Below are positions 8,480 through 19,296 of a DNA stretch of 64,000 nucleotides, in pieces (position 1 is the first letter of the stretch; each line of letters opens with the position of its first letter). This stretch comes from Promethearchaeota archaeon (lineage in GTDB: Archaea; Asgardarchaeota; Lokiarchaeia; Sigyniarchaeales; SOKP01): positions 1 to 64,000 of the forward strand of contig JAGXNO010000008.1 of NCBI GenBank assembly GCA_019894975.1. Reading direction: 5' to 3'. The position numbers and the translations under genes are program-made. The notes beneath the pieces are model-generated. The model was not told where the DNA came from. It saw only the letters and a program-made list of their open reading frames with translations, and did no database searches.

Positions 8480-11257
8480 ATGATTAAAATGAAAGGGAAT
8501 AAGAATAATTATCTCATTAAGCTTGGTGAGGATGATTCAACTGATATTACTGCTGTAGGTGGTAAGGGTGCAAGTCTGGGTAAGTTAGTCAAAGCGGGTT
8601 TTCCTGTTCCTTCAGGATTTGTGGTTACAACACATGCATACATGGAATTTCTTCATGCAAATAACCTTAAGGAAATAATAGAAAAGATTTTGAGTGGACT
8701 TGATTATGGTAACCTTGATGAGCTGGAGAAAAAGACAGCAAAGATCAGGGATCTGATCTCCACTTCTATCCTTCCAGATGGTCTTACCCAGGAGATCATT
8801 CAAACTTATAAGGAGCTTGGAGGGAATAAGGTATATGTAGCGGTTCGTTCTTCAGCAACAGCAGAAGATTTAGAGGGATCATCCTTTGCGGGGCAATATG
8901 ATACATATCTGGATGTGAAGGGAGAAAACGCACTATTAGAAGCAGTACAACGATGTTGGGCATCAATGTGGACAGCACGTGTCGCCGCTTATCGTCATAA
9001 CAAGAGTTTCGATCACAATGCTATTGGTATTGCGGTTGTAGTCCAAGATATGATTGAGCCTAATGTTGCTGGAGTGATGTTTGTCGGGAATCCTATAAAT
9101 GCCGGAGCCGATGAAATCGTAATCAACGCGAGTTGGGGACTCGGTGAGGCTGTAGTAGCAGGTATCATTACACCAGATGAATTTATTGTTGCTCGAGATT
9201 CCCTTAAAATCAAACGTTGCAATATGGGTTCGAGGAAGCTTCGGGTTGTTAGGAACCAATTGGCAGGGATTGGTACGATTGAGGAGCCCGTACCCAATGA
9301 TCTTCAGAATTCTTACACCCTTTCAGACGATCAGATAAAGGAACTTTCAGAGTTGGGTCGAAAAGTCACAAACTATTATGATGGGTTACCCCAGGACATC
9401 GAATGGGCACAGAGGGGTAATTCTTTTTTCCTACTCCAGTCCCGACCTGTTACCGGTGTAGAATTTAAATGGGAGGAAGATCTTGACCTGTGGCCGTCAC
9501 TCCCAGAAGACGACGATATCATTTGGACCAGAGCATGGGCAGACGAGGTGTGGACCGGCGCAGTCACGCCTTTGATGTGGTCGGTCCGCGGTCGTTGGAT
9601 GCGTGATGGCGGCTCTGCTAACTATCGGTACTTTGAAATGGGAGATCTCGCTGAGCTTCGAGCGTATAAGTATCATCATGGCACCGTTTATTACAACACA
9701 AGAGCAGATGAATTAATTGCCGAATACAGTCTTCCACCAAATCTTAGGAAACACTTTCTCAGTCGGCTTCACCCATCGCAGCTAGAAAAAGCTATAAATG
9801 CCCCCTTCGATCTTTGGCGGACTCTGAAGAGGTTCATTAGGATAGAGGAAACGCAACCTGGAATGGGTATAGGTAATTTTTCTATAGGGAATAAAGTGTT
9901 AACACAGAAGCCTAAGAGTGTGAAAAAATACAACGTAAGGCGCTCGATAGTAAAAGCAGCATTTCCTGATCTTAACCAAATTAAACAAGAGATCCGAGCC
10001 CTGAAAGACGAGGATTTGAGACCACGAGTAATGAGATATAACCAAGTCTTCGCGACTGGTGTTGCGAGGGGTTCTTGGGGTATCATTCATATCTACGCAC
10101 CCGTTATTCGTGCCCTTCTTGATGGTGTATTGCAGTACTGGTATAATGGTGACAATCCAAATGCATTTATAGAAGTGCTTAGTGGACTTCCTGAATAAAC
10201 TCAACAGTATAATGACGATTACGCTTTTTGGGAACTTGCGGAAATTATCAGGCATTCCAAGAAGCTTCGTACGCTATTTGAGGAATTCAATGGAGCTGCG
10301 TTCTTTGAGGAACTCAAGAATCATGAGGAAGGATGTTCTTTCCTTGCCAAATACGAGGAATTCTTAGAGGTGGCTTTTTACCGGGGTCATGCTGATCGAG
10401 ATATTTACTTTGACCGACGTATTGAAGATCCATCCCTTGATTATGAAGCTTTACGAGTGCTTTTAAAATCGGAGGAAATCGTCTCACCGGAAGAAAGGGA
10501 AGAAAAATTGAACCAAAGACGAGAATTCGCAACTATTGAAGTGATCGAGAATCTCTCCAAGCAACCACTGGGTGATATAAAGGTATTTATCTTCAGGTTT
10601 CTATTGAATTATAGTTTGAGATTCTTCACAGGACGTGATGACTCACGACCGATGTCCGATATTGTAACCTACCAAAAGAAGATAGTGCTCCTCGAATACG
10701 GTCACAGAACGGTGTCTCGAGGTCTTCTAGAGGGAGATCGTGATTTTTATTTCCTTTCGATAGATGAACTTGACAGACTGCTAAAGGGCACCGAGACGAA
10801 GGCACTATCTAAGGCTAAGATCTCCGCCCGTAGGAGAGCTTTTGATCGTTTTGTTACACATGAGGAGGATCCCCCTCTATTTCTCAAGGGAAATATGCCT
10901 ATGGAAGATGCTGAACCTAGGAGTGCTGATAGAAAAGATGTTCTGAAAGGTCACGGAACTAGTCGCGGAGTAACAACCGGAAGAGCCCGAATTATTCCCA
11001 CACTTAAAGATATAGGCCGTCTGGAAAAAGGGGATATCCTAGTTTGCCATGGTACGGACCCTGGTTGGACATCAGCTTTCAGTATTGTCAGTGGGGTGGT
11101 CGCACAGACGGGTGGTATGCTTGCTCACTTTTCGTGCCTCTCGCGGGAGTATGGTTTACCCGCGGTATCACTTCCAAATGCCATAAAACTTATCAGAGAT
11201 GGATCCATCATTACGGTGAATGGCGACAGTGGTGAAATCCGGGTGGTTTCGGAGTAA
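8480..11257 (+). pseudogene. PEP-utilising phosphotransferase (rifampicin phosphotransferase/PigC-like architecture), interrupted by one in-frame TAA at 10196-10198
   Basis: ATP-grasp (VGGKG, AVRSSATAED, SFAGQY, DIEWA, LQSRP) and C-terminal phospho-His domain (TDPGWT, GGMLAHFSCLSREYGLP); ORFs 8480-10198 and 10370-11257 share a frame and the stretch between them is open. Confidence 0.8.
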
Positions 11258-11326
11258 GTCAGATTTTTTGGATTTTATAAAAAAAAATTAGATAAAAAAA
11301 GTTTTTTAAATTGCCCATTTAAGAGG

Positions 11327-12160
11327 TTATTCCACAATCGCATAAGCATTGCTTATTACAATGCTTTTTTCTGTATGTGCTTGAATAATATACCGTCCAT
11401 TTTCTTTCCAACCTTCTGTAGTAATTGTTTCACCTGGATAAACGGGTAGAGAAAATCTTGCGCTATATTCCTTAAACCGATTCACATCACCGTCACAAGC
11501 ACCATACAATATTGCTCGAGCAGTAAAACCATACGTACATAATCCATGAAGAATAGGTTCATTAAATCTACCACTCAATTTAGCATAGCTAGGATCTAGG
11601 TGTAAAGGATTGAGATCACCGTTAAGTCTATATATAGCTGCTTGATTCTCAGTGGTTTTATATGATATGCTAAAATCAGGCTTAACTCCTTCTGGAGGTT
11701 TCAAAGATTTGGCTTTTGGCCCAGATTCTCCACCAAATCCTCCCGCATCTAATAAAACATGTACCCATTTTGCATCAAATATATGTTCTCCTTTCTCATT
11801 AAATCCTTGCCTTATTGAATGAATAATTGCATTTTTCCCCTTATCGTAAATATTAGTTATTGTTCCCTTCCTTGTTATTTTTCCTTGCGACGGAAAGGGA
11901 CGATAAAGCTTTATATATTGCTCTCCATGAATAAGTTTCGCCCAATTAACGTTTCCAAGTTTTTCAAAGGGAGCAGCACCATCTCCAGCAATAACCGCAT
12001 AGCTAGGGAATACCTTTACTCCTCCTTGTGTTCTTTCATAAAGGAAAGGTAATTCATTGGTTTGAGCTCCAATTCCTAAAGCATAAAGAATTACATCCTT
12101 CCAATCATATTCAAAAACGCTTTCTCTTGTTTGACCTATTGCGTTTAAATCTATTGACAT
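11327..12160 (-). CDS. MaoC/hydratase-2-type (R)-enoyl-CoA hydratase, double hot-dog fold
   Basis: LYALGIG, IHGEQ, YRLNGDLNPLHLDP, PILHGLCTYG. Confidence 0.9.
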   Translation of the reverse strand: MSIDLNAIGQTRESVFEYDWKDVILYALGIGAQTNELPFLYERTQGGVKVFPSYAVIAGDGAAPFEKLGNVNWAKLIHGEQYIKLYRPFPSQGKITRKGTITNIYDKGKNAIIHSIRQGFNEKGEHIFDAKWVHVLLDAGGFGGESGPKAKSLKPPEGVKPDFSISYKTTENQAAIYRLNGDLNPLHLDPSYAKLSGRFNEPILHGLCTYGFTARAILYGACDGDVNRFKEYSARFSLPVYPGETITTEGWKENGRYIIQAHTEKSIVISNAYAIVE

Positions 12161-12350
12161 ACTTAATCTTCCTTATATAATGATGTATTAAAACATGAAA
12201 TATATTTAAAAAATCTTTTTTAATTGGAAAGTTACCACAAGGGTCGAGTCTTTTTAAATCTCATTGGGATAGATAGGTAAACTTTCATGGAAAAAAAAAT
12301 TGTAAAACAATATAAAAATATTGAGGTAACCATTATCTATATGTGTTGAA

Positions 12351-13784
12351 ATGGAATTAACTCCTGATTATATTGAAGAGCATTTATCTGAAATTGGGAA
12401 AAATGAGGCTCAAAATTTATTAAGAGAGATCATAAGCAGTTCGAATGATTCGGGTATACGCGTGAAGGCATTGAAAACGTTTGGAAGTATAGATGAGGGT
12501 ACTAATTTTTCATTTTTTGAACAGTTATTCCTTTCTGATGAGAATCTTGCTATGAGATTGTTTGCAGGAGAGATTCTAAAAGAAATTTATTCCAAGCATA
12601 AAAAAATCGTCCGACTACTTGATTATACTCTAAAGAAAGTAGATAATATAGAACAGAAAATCTTTTCAGTCAAGACTTTAAACTCAATAGAGAATATGAA
12701 AGCAGGTAAGATCCTTACAGAATATCTCAAAGATTTTTTCAAGAAAAAAGCAACTGAGAAGTCTTCTGATCTACAATTGAGCGCTGACTTAACTCACCCT
12801 ATCCCTGAGATGATTATTAATAAATGGATTAACTTGATTTTAGGTGATTATTACAAAAATAAATGTGGATATCTTATTACACTAAAAAAGGGAAAGATTG
12901 TTGCATTAAATTGTGAAGGTTCTGATTTGAGAAATGTTTCAGACATTTATGGATTTAACTTACTAACGGATTTAGAATATCTCTCAATCCAGAGAAATTT
13001 CCTGCAAAAAATATCCAATCTTCAACATTTAACCCAATTAAAAGCATTGAATTTCTCGCACAATAAGTTAAAGAAAATTGAAAATTTAGAGAGTTTAAAT
13101 AATTTAGAAGAATTAAATCTGTCGAATAATAAAATTGGGAAGATAGAAAGCTTAGAATCTCTAATAAATTTAAAAAAGTTAACCCTTAGTGATAATTCGA
13201 TTACATCGATACAAAATTTACATTCGTTATCACATTTAGAAGCTTTAGATTTAAGTCATAATAATATAATAGATATAAAAAATATGGATAAATTGGAGAA
13301 TTTAAACCGATTAAACCTTTCCTCTAATAAAATTGAAAGGATGGAAGGATTTACGCAATTGACAAATTTGATGTGGTTATATTTAAATGACAATAAGATC
13401 GTACAAATTGAAGGCTTATTGACCCTACATAAATTGAAAGGATTATATCTTTCAAATAATCAAATCACCAGGATTAGTTGTCTAGATAATCTATTAAGCC
13501 TAAAAAAGTTGGAGTTGTCGAATAATAAAATTACCAAACTTGATGGTTTACAAAACCTAGTAGAGCTTCAAGAATTATACCTAGATAATAATTTTATTAC
13601 AATTTTTGAAGGTTTGGAAGGTTTAAATAATTTAATAATGTTACATATTGGAAGAAATAAAATAGTTGAATTCAGGAGGGAATATGTTATTCATCTGAGA
13701 AACTTGAATTTTTTATTTCTTAATGAAAACCCATTAAATCAGAAGAGCTTTATGGAATACCAGAAAAGGATTAAATTTCCTTAA
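12351..13784 (+). CDS. leucine-rich repeat protein (SDS22-like) with N-terminal HEAT-like helices
   Basis: Many LxxLxLxxNxIxxIxxL repeats; N-terminal HEAT-like segment. Confidence 0.9.
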   Translation: MELTPDYIEEHLSEIGKNEAQNLLREIISSSNDSGIRVKALKTFGSIDEGTNFSFFEQLFLSDENLAMRLFAGEILKEIYSKHKKIVRLLDYTLKKVDNIEQKIFSVKTLNSIENMKAGKILTEYLKDFFKKKATEKSSDLQLSADLTHPIPEMIINKWINLILGDYYKNKCGYLITLKKGKIVALNCEGSDLRNVSDIYGFNLLTDLEYLSIQRNFLQKISNLQHLTQLKALNFSHNKLKKIENLESLNNLEELNLSNNKIGKIESLESLINLKKLTLSDNSITSIQNLHSLSHLEALDLSHNNIIDIKNMDKLENLNRLNLSSNKIERMEGFTQLTNLMWLYLNDNKIVQIEGLLTLHKLKGLYLSNNQITRISCLDNLLSLKKLELSNNKITKLDGLQNLVELQELYLDNNFITIFEGLEGLNNLIMLHIGRNKIVEFRREYVIHLRNLNFLFLNENPLNQKSFMEYQKRIKFP

Positions 13785-13794
13785 GAGTATTAGG

Positions 13795-14364
13795 TTATTT
13801 ATTGTGATTTAAATAATCTTCAATCCAGATCTCCATTAGAACCTCGTCATAATATGTAGCATCCATATAGAATTGTTTTTTTCTTACTCCAACCTCTCTA
13901 AATCCCATGGTTTTATAGAGAGATAGTGCTCTTTCATTTGTAGCAAAACAACTTAATACTATTTTTTCTTTATTGTTCAATTTTTTAGATTCTCGCAGGG
14001 CGGTGTCAATTAACGCAGCACCGATCCCTAAATCTCGGTATTTTATATTCACAATAATTCCTAAAACCCCCACATGTAGCCCCGCATCCCAGTCAGAATT
14101 AGAGATTTCACATTGCCCAATGATGTTGTAGGGAGATTTTAACTTTCGAGCTTCAGCTACGATACAAATTTCCTTTTCATTTTTAACCTTATGATACCAA
14201 GAATCTTTTTCTAACCGAGATCTAACGGGAAAAATTACAGGTAAATACATACCTTCTTCTACTACTTCGTTGAAGTTATTCCAAACACCCTCAACATCCA
14301 CCTTACTCAAATGTCTTATGAGTATTTTTTCCCCGGTACTTAATTCCAAAGTTTGATTCATCAC
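13795..14364 (-). CDS. GNAT family N-acetyltransferase
   Basis: YRDLGIG, NERALSLYKTMGF. Confidence 0.85.
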   Translation of the reverse strand: MMNQTLELSTGEKILIRHLSKVDVEGVWNNFNEVVEEGMYLPVIFPVRSRLEKDSWYHKVKNEKEICIVAEARKLKSPYNIIGQCEISNSDWDAGLHVGVLGIIVNIKYRDLGIGAALIDTALRESKKLNNKEKIVLSCFATNERALSLYKTMGFREVGVRKKQFYMDATYYDEVLMEIWIEDYLNHNK

Positions 14365-14405
14365 TTAAATATAACTTTTTATAATTAAATTCCTTTGGTA
14401 ATAGT

Positions 14406-14822
14406 ATGGATAATAAAGATGAACAAGAAGAAAAACAAAGCTCTGATATTAAAAAAAAGCTTGTTGCTAAGGATCTTGTTACTTTAAAACATGTAGAAGT
14501 AAAAAAACAGGAAATTAGTCCCGAGACAAGAGACTTGGCACAAACTCTAAAAGAGAGTTATATCGAACACGATCAATTTGAAAGACTTACTAATGATGAA
14601 CTCACAATATTAGAAACTTTCATGGGGAAACGCTTATTTTTAGAACGAATTGCGATTATTGTTAATCAATCAAGAATCCCTTTAGGAATTCCAGGTTTTA
14701 AAAAAGCAGAATTGGAAAAAATTATAGAAGACCTTATCACAAAAGGATATATGGAGTTTAATTTAGTAGGAGAGAAGAAAGTATTCTATCTTTCAGAAAG
14801 AGGTAAATACCGGGTTCAATAG
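14406..14822 (+). CDS. hypothetical protein with C-terminal winged helix
   Basis: LEKIIEDLITKGYM...FYLSERG wHTH pattern. Confidence 0.55.
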   Translation: MDNKDEQEEKQSSDIKKKLVAKDLVTLKHVEVKKQEISPETRDLAQTLKESYIEHDQFERLTNDELTILETFMGKRLFLERIAIIVNQSRIPLGIPGFKKAELEKIIEDLITKGYMEFNLVGEKKVFYLSERGKYRVQ

Positions 14823-14893
14823 GAGAACTTGTCATTATATTGAATAATTATAAGAGAACAATAGAAAAAAAACCGATATCTTAAATTGGTAGA

Positions 14894-15196
14894 TTAATCC
14901 TTTTTTAAGATCAACTTATTTATTGGAATATCTTGATATTCTCCATGGGGATACTCACGTCTAATGGTTAACGGTAAGATTCTCGCTTTTAGTTCTAGCT
15001 TGGCAATCTTAATTGGGTCAATAACCTCCTTAGGTTTCTCGATAAGCATAGGTGCACCATAAGACAATTGTAATGCTCGTGCCCCAACAATCCGCGCTTT
15101 CTCGTACCTAGTTAAAAAGATTGGGCCAATTTTGACATATTCTCTGACTTCTTTATATTGTTTGCGTAATTCTCGAGATTCTAGAAAACTAGACAT
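14894..15196 (-). CDS. rpoK: DNA-directed RNA polymerase subunit K (Rpo6)
   Basis: LTRYEKARIVGARALQLSYGAP, LPLTIRR; ATG at 15196 preferred over upstream TTG. Confidence 0.95.
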   Translation of the reverse strand: MSSFLESRELRKQYKEVREYVKIGPIFLTRYEKARIVGARALQLSYGAPMLIEKPKEVIDPIKIAKLELKARILPLTIRREYPHGEYQDIPINKLILKKD

Positions 15197-15283
15197 GGTT
15201 AAGCTAACCAAAAAATAAGTAATTAGATTTTTAAATGTAGGATATGATATAACTTTTTCGATAATGAAGGTAAAAATAAGGAA

Positions 15284-15418
15284 TGCGCGAGGAGGGAAAT
15301 GTTCAAACCGAAACAGTTTTTCGGAATTTTGAACCCCCGACCTTCGTGATTTATATTTTACATTAATATAAATTTACACGGTGTGAGCGTGTCGTTATAG
15401 CCACTAAACCACTCGCGC
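15284..15418 (-). tRNA. tRNA-Val(CAC) with two non-canonical introns: 15343-15374 (position 44/45, 32 nt) and 15299-15328 (position 58/59, 30 nt)
   Basis: Acceptor GCGCGAG/CTCGCGC+A; anticodon arm ACACG-CTCACAC-CGTGT; BHB cuts give variable loop AGGTC, T-loop TTCAATT and a 73-nt mature tRNA. Confidence 0.9.
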
Positions 15419-15607
15419 ATGGTTGTACTTAAGAATAATGAGCTATTTGAAATAAATCTTTTTCTGCTCACTAATTACAAAGTGTTTATTAAAATATTAG
15501 TAATTCGATTTAAGAACATAAATACATTTTATTGATCTTGTTAAGTCTTATGGTTTATATATTCCATATCAATTCTTTACACAATATGATATTGAGATTT
15601 TATTCTG

Positions 15608-17920
15608 GTGATTACGTTCTCAACAAATGAAGATTTTATTTCTCATCCCCTTATTAAGAAAGATTTTGTTTCACGAAGAGAATACCAAGAAATCATTTTT
15701 ATAAATTGTTTAAATCAGAATTGTTTAGTGGTGATTCCTACTGGTTTGGGTAAGACAATTATTGCGTTAATGCTTTCGGTATATAGATTGTCAGAACTAC
15801 CAAAATCAAAAGTAATTTTTTTAGCACCTACAAAACCCTTAATAGAACAGCATCATAAATCTTTCTTGGATCTTACGTTACTTCCCCCAGAATCATTACA
15901 ATCTCTTACAGGAACGATTCTCCCTAAAAAGAGAAAAGAAATCTGGACTCAAATACAAGTTGCTTTTATGACCCCTCAGGTCCTACAAAATGACCTAATT
16001 TCTGGCTTATATTCGCTTGAAGATGTCTCTCTTATTATATTTGATGAATGCCATCGAGCAGTTGGAGATTATGCCTATGTTTTTATCGCGAAAAAATATA
16101 CAAGTGCCTCTAAAGGGCATCAAATTTTAGGCCTTACGGCGAGCCCAGGGTCCACTCAAGAGAAAATAAATGAAATTAAAGAAAATTTGTTTATCAATCA
16201 TATAGAGATTAGAACTGATAAAGATAGTGATGTAAAAAAGTATGTTCAGAAAGTCGATACTGAATGGATTAAAATTTCTTTGCCTGATGAATTCTTGGAG
16301 ATTAAAAGGATATTAGAAGAAAAATTAAAAGAAATCTACAAATGGCTAAAAGAAAAAGATTTGCTTAACTCATTTGACATCAATAAAATTACCCGTAAAG
16401 ATTTACTGAAATTAAACAATACAATTAATGGGAGAATCTCAGCATCGCGAAACGATGATGAAAAATACGATATGTTTTATGCGAAAAAATGTCAAGCTAA
16501 TGCGATTAGGATATCTCACATGTCAGAGCTCCTTGAAACACAGGGAATTAATGCGTTAAAAGATTACCTGGAAAAAAATGAAGAGAAAATTAAGAATAAC
16601 ACAGCTAATAAATCCCTTAAGGAATTGTTTGTTGACAAGAATTTTAGAAAGGTAAAACAATTAACATATGAGATTCAAGCTCAAGGAGTTGTTCACCCAA
16701 AACTTGAGAAATTGAGAGAGATATTGACAACTCAATTACAAGCAAATTCCGAATCAAGAATTTTAGTTTTTGCTCATTTTCGTGACTCTGTAAATAATAT
16801 TGTAAGATATCTCAAGGAAGACAGTATTATTAAACCACACAAGTTCATTGGACAAGCACATAAAGGATCTGATAAAGGATTAACACAAAAAGAACAGATT
16901 AGACTACTTGAAGATTTCAAAGAAGGAACTTATAACACACTTGTAGGCACAAGTGTTGCAGAAGAAGGTTTAGATATTGCTGAATGTGATTTGGTTGTGT
17001 TTTACGACGTTGTTCCAAGCGCTATTCGCTCTATTCAGAGACGGGGTCGAACAGGTCGTAAAAAAGAAGGGAATGTTTTTGTATTAATGGCTGAAGGTAC
17101 AAGAGATGAGGGGTATTATTGGGCTGAGAAAGCTAAAGAAAAGAATATGAGGGACAGCTTGAAAAAAATAAAATCATCTCAGAATGGTCCTAAAAAAGAA
17201 CAAGCAAACCTTCTGAACTTTATTGAAAAAGCTAAAAACAATAGTGTTTCAGAGCAAAAATTAGCTGGTGCGGAACTAATTGAAATAGCGTGTGATAATA
17301 GGGAAACCGCCTCTTCAGTGGTCAGAAACCTTTCATTAATGGGAGTTAATCTAAGATTGGAACAATTATCAGTAGGGGATTATATAATTTCAAAACGAGT
17401 TGGTATTGAAAGAAAAAGCTCACAAGATTTTACAGATTCGATAAAGGACGGTAGGCTCTTTAAAGAATTAAAGAATTTAACAGATAATTATGAAAGGGCT
17501 ATATTAATACTTGAAGAAGATCCCTTTGAAAATTCGAGTCTTGACGAAAATGCTATCTATGGTGCAATATCTTCAATAATTCTAAATTTAGGTGTTTCAA
17601 TTTATAAAACTAAAGATGCTAAAGAAACAGCAATGTTTTTATATCAATTGGCTAAAAAAGAACAGTCAGAAAGTAAATCTTCCCTAAAACTCAGATTTGG
17701 TAAAGCTCCAATTGAAACTTCTCGTCTTTTAGAATATGTTATAGCCGGAATTCCTGGAGTAAATACACTTCGAGCAAAGAATTTATTAAAAGAGTTTCAA
17801 ACTTTGCAAAATATTTTCTTGGCAGATATACCAGACTTAACAAAAATTGAAAATATTGGCAAAAAAATTGCCCAAGAAATTTATAAAATTAGCAGATACA
17901 AATATAAGAACGATCACTAG
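15608..17920 (+). CDS. hef: Hef helicase/nuclease (FANCM/ERCC4 family)
   Basis: PTGLGKT, DECH, GLTASPG, QRRGRTGR, GDY..ERKS nuclease motif, C-terminal HhH. Confidence 0.95.
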   Translation: MITFSTNEDFISHPLIKKDFVSRREYQEIIFINCLNQNCLVVIPTGLGKTIIALMLSVYRLSELPKSKVIFLAPTKPLIEQHHKSFLDLTLLPPESLQSLTGTILPKKRKEIWTQIQVAFMTPQVLQNDLISGLYSLEDVSLIIFDECHRAVGDYAYVFIAKKYTSASKGHQILGLTASPGSTQEKINEIKENLFINHIEIRTDKDSDVKKYVQKVDTEWIKISLPDEFLEIKRILEEKLKEIYKWLKEKDLLNSFDINKITRKDLLKLNNTINGRISASRNDDEKYDMFYAKKCQANAIRISHMSELLETQGINALKDYLEKNEEKIKNNTANKSLKELFVDKNFRKVKQLTYEIQAQGVVHPKLEKLREILTTQLQANSESRILVFAHFRDSVNNIVRYLKEDSIIKPHKFIGQAHKGSDKGLTQKEQIRLLEDFKEGTYNTLVGTSVAEEGLDIAECDLVVFYDVVPSAIRSIQRRGRTGRKKEGNVFVLMAEGTRDEGYYWAEKAKEKNMRDSLKKIKSSQNGPKKEQANLLNFIEKAKNNSVSEQKLAGAELIEIACDNRETASSVVRNLSLMGVNLRLEQLSVGDYIISKRVGIERKSSQDFTDSIKDGRLFKELKNLTDNYERAILILEEDPFENSSLDENAIYGAISSIILNLGVSIYKTKDAKETAMFLYQLAKKEQSESKSSLKLRFGKAPIETSRLLEYVIAGIPGVNTLRAKNLLKEFQTLQNIFLADIPDLTKIENIGKKIAQEIYKISRYKYKNDH

Positions 17921-18046
17921 ATTAATATTGATATATTATCTCTAATTGAATAATACGATAAAAAAGATTTTTAACGTTTTTAATTATTATTAATTATATT
18001 ATAGATTTTAATATATGAAACAAATATCACTTGAGCATTAGAACAT

Positions 18047-18631
18047 ATGATAAAATTTAAGGTCGTTGTCGCGGGGGCTAAAAATGTTGGTAAAACTTCG
18101 CTCCTTCGGCGTTTTGCGACAGGAAAATTTGAAGTATCCACCTTATCTACAATTGGGGTCGATTTTGAAACAAAAAAAATCATTATTGATGACACTGAAA
18201 TTTTATTAAATATTTGGGACTTCGCAGGAGAGAAGAAGTTTAGACTCCTTTTCCCCTCATATGTATCTGGAGCTTCTGGAGCTTTATTGCTCTATGACGT
18301 TTCGAATAGGGATTCTTTAAACGATCTTTATGATTGGATAAATGTAATCTCTTCTGTTCCTAATTCACCTAAAACCCGGATTTTAATTGAAGCAAAAATT
18401 GATTTGAAAAGGAAAATAAAAGAAGAAGAAGCACAAGAAATATTCGAAAAATATAATTTTCAGGGAGAAATAATAAGTACCTCATCAAAAACGGGGGAAA
18501 ATGTCGAAAAAGCGTTTCAGATGTTAGGACGTGAGATATTGAAAAATTCTTTGCAGAAATGTACGAATTGTGGAAAAATGTATCCAATTGAACTAAAATT
18601 CTGTCAATACTGTGGTTCAAAAACAGCTTAA
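18047..18631 (+). CDS. Rab/Ras-like small GTPase with C-terminal zinc ribbon
   Basis: GAKNVGKTS, TIGVDF, WDFAG, SSKTG; CTNC...CQYC tail. Confidence 0.9.
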   Translation: MIKFKVVVAGAKNVGKTSLLRRFATGKFEVSTLSTIGVDFETKKIIIDDTEILLNIWDFAGEKKFRLLFPSYVSGASGALLLYDVSNRDSLNDLYDWINVISSVPNSPKTRILIEAKIDLKRKIKEEEAQEIFEKYNFQGEIISTSSKTGENVEKAFQMLGREILKNSLQKCTNCGKMYPIELKFCQYCGSKTA

Positions 18632-18703
18632 ATATTTTGTTTAGTTAAGAATTTACTCTCTTTCTTTTCTTATGATTGGAATTATCTGAAATTAAGAAAA
18701 AGA

Positions 18704-18722
18704 GGAGTAAAAAGTTTACTCC
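18704..18722. terminator. perfect hairpin between convergent genes
   Basis: GGAGTAAA-AAG-TTTACTCC. Confidence 0.3.
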
Positions 18723-18863
18723 CGAAAATTGTTATCGATCTCTAAAATGAGGGAAAGAAAAAGTAAGTGAAAATAGTGATCACCTGTTTTTTTTGCTTGA
18801 AGTATTTAAATCTCGCTATTTTGATTCAGCTTGTGGGTTATTTTGAATATTTCTAGAGAATGT

Positions 18864-19106
18864 TTATTTTATTTGTTTGTCTAGAAATCTCTCTACTTTT
18901 AGAATTAAATCCTCCCGAAGCTTAGGATCGGCCCAATCTTCATCTTCAAAAAGTCTTTCTTCTTTTGCTCTGCGCTGTAATCCGATCTTGGCGATAATAT
19001 AATGTGCTTTCAGGTAAAGATCAGCAGAGGGGGGAACGTTTCGAAGCTCCTGTACCAAACAATTGATAGATTCTTTTCTTTTTAATTCCATTTCCTGACT
19101 TGTCAT
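18864..19106 (-). CDS. hypothetical protein
   Basis: 80-aa ATG ORF filling an intergenic gap. Confidence 0.55.
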   Translation of the reverse strand: MTSQEMELKRKESINCLVQELRNVPPSADLYLKAHYIIAKIGLQRRAKEERLFEDEDWADPKLREDLILKVERFLDKQIK

Positions 19107-19296
19107 CAGTAAATAACACTAGGGGTGGTCTTATATATTGTTCAAGAGACTGACTAAATTCTATTAATACCTCAATTCATAGATTTATAACTCCTAATTC
19201 TCATATTATCACAACTAAAATTTTTATGTGGATAGAAAAATGAAAAGAAGCATAATAGTAAAGATAGCGTTAATTTTTAGCCTTATATTCATGGGT

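Noticed and set aside
10196-10198. Selenocysteine/pyrrolysine recoding or an intron at the internal stop
   Set aside because: The codon is TAA and no BHB or extra sequence is evident.
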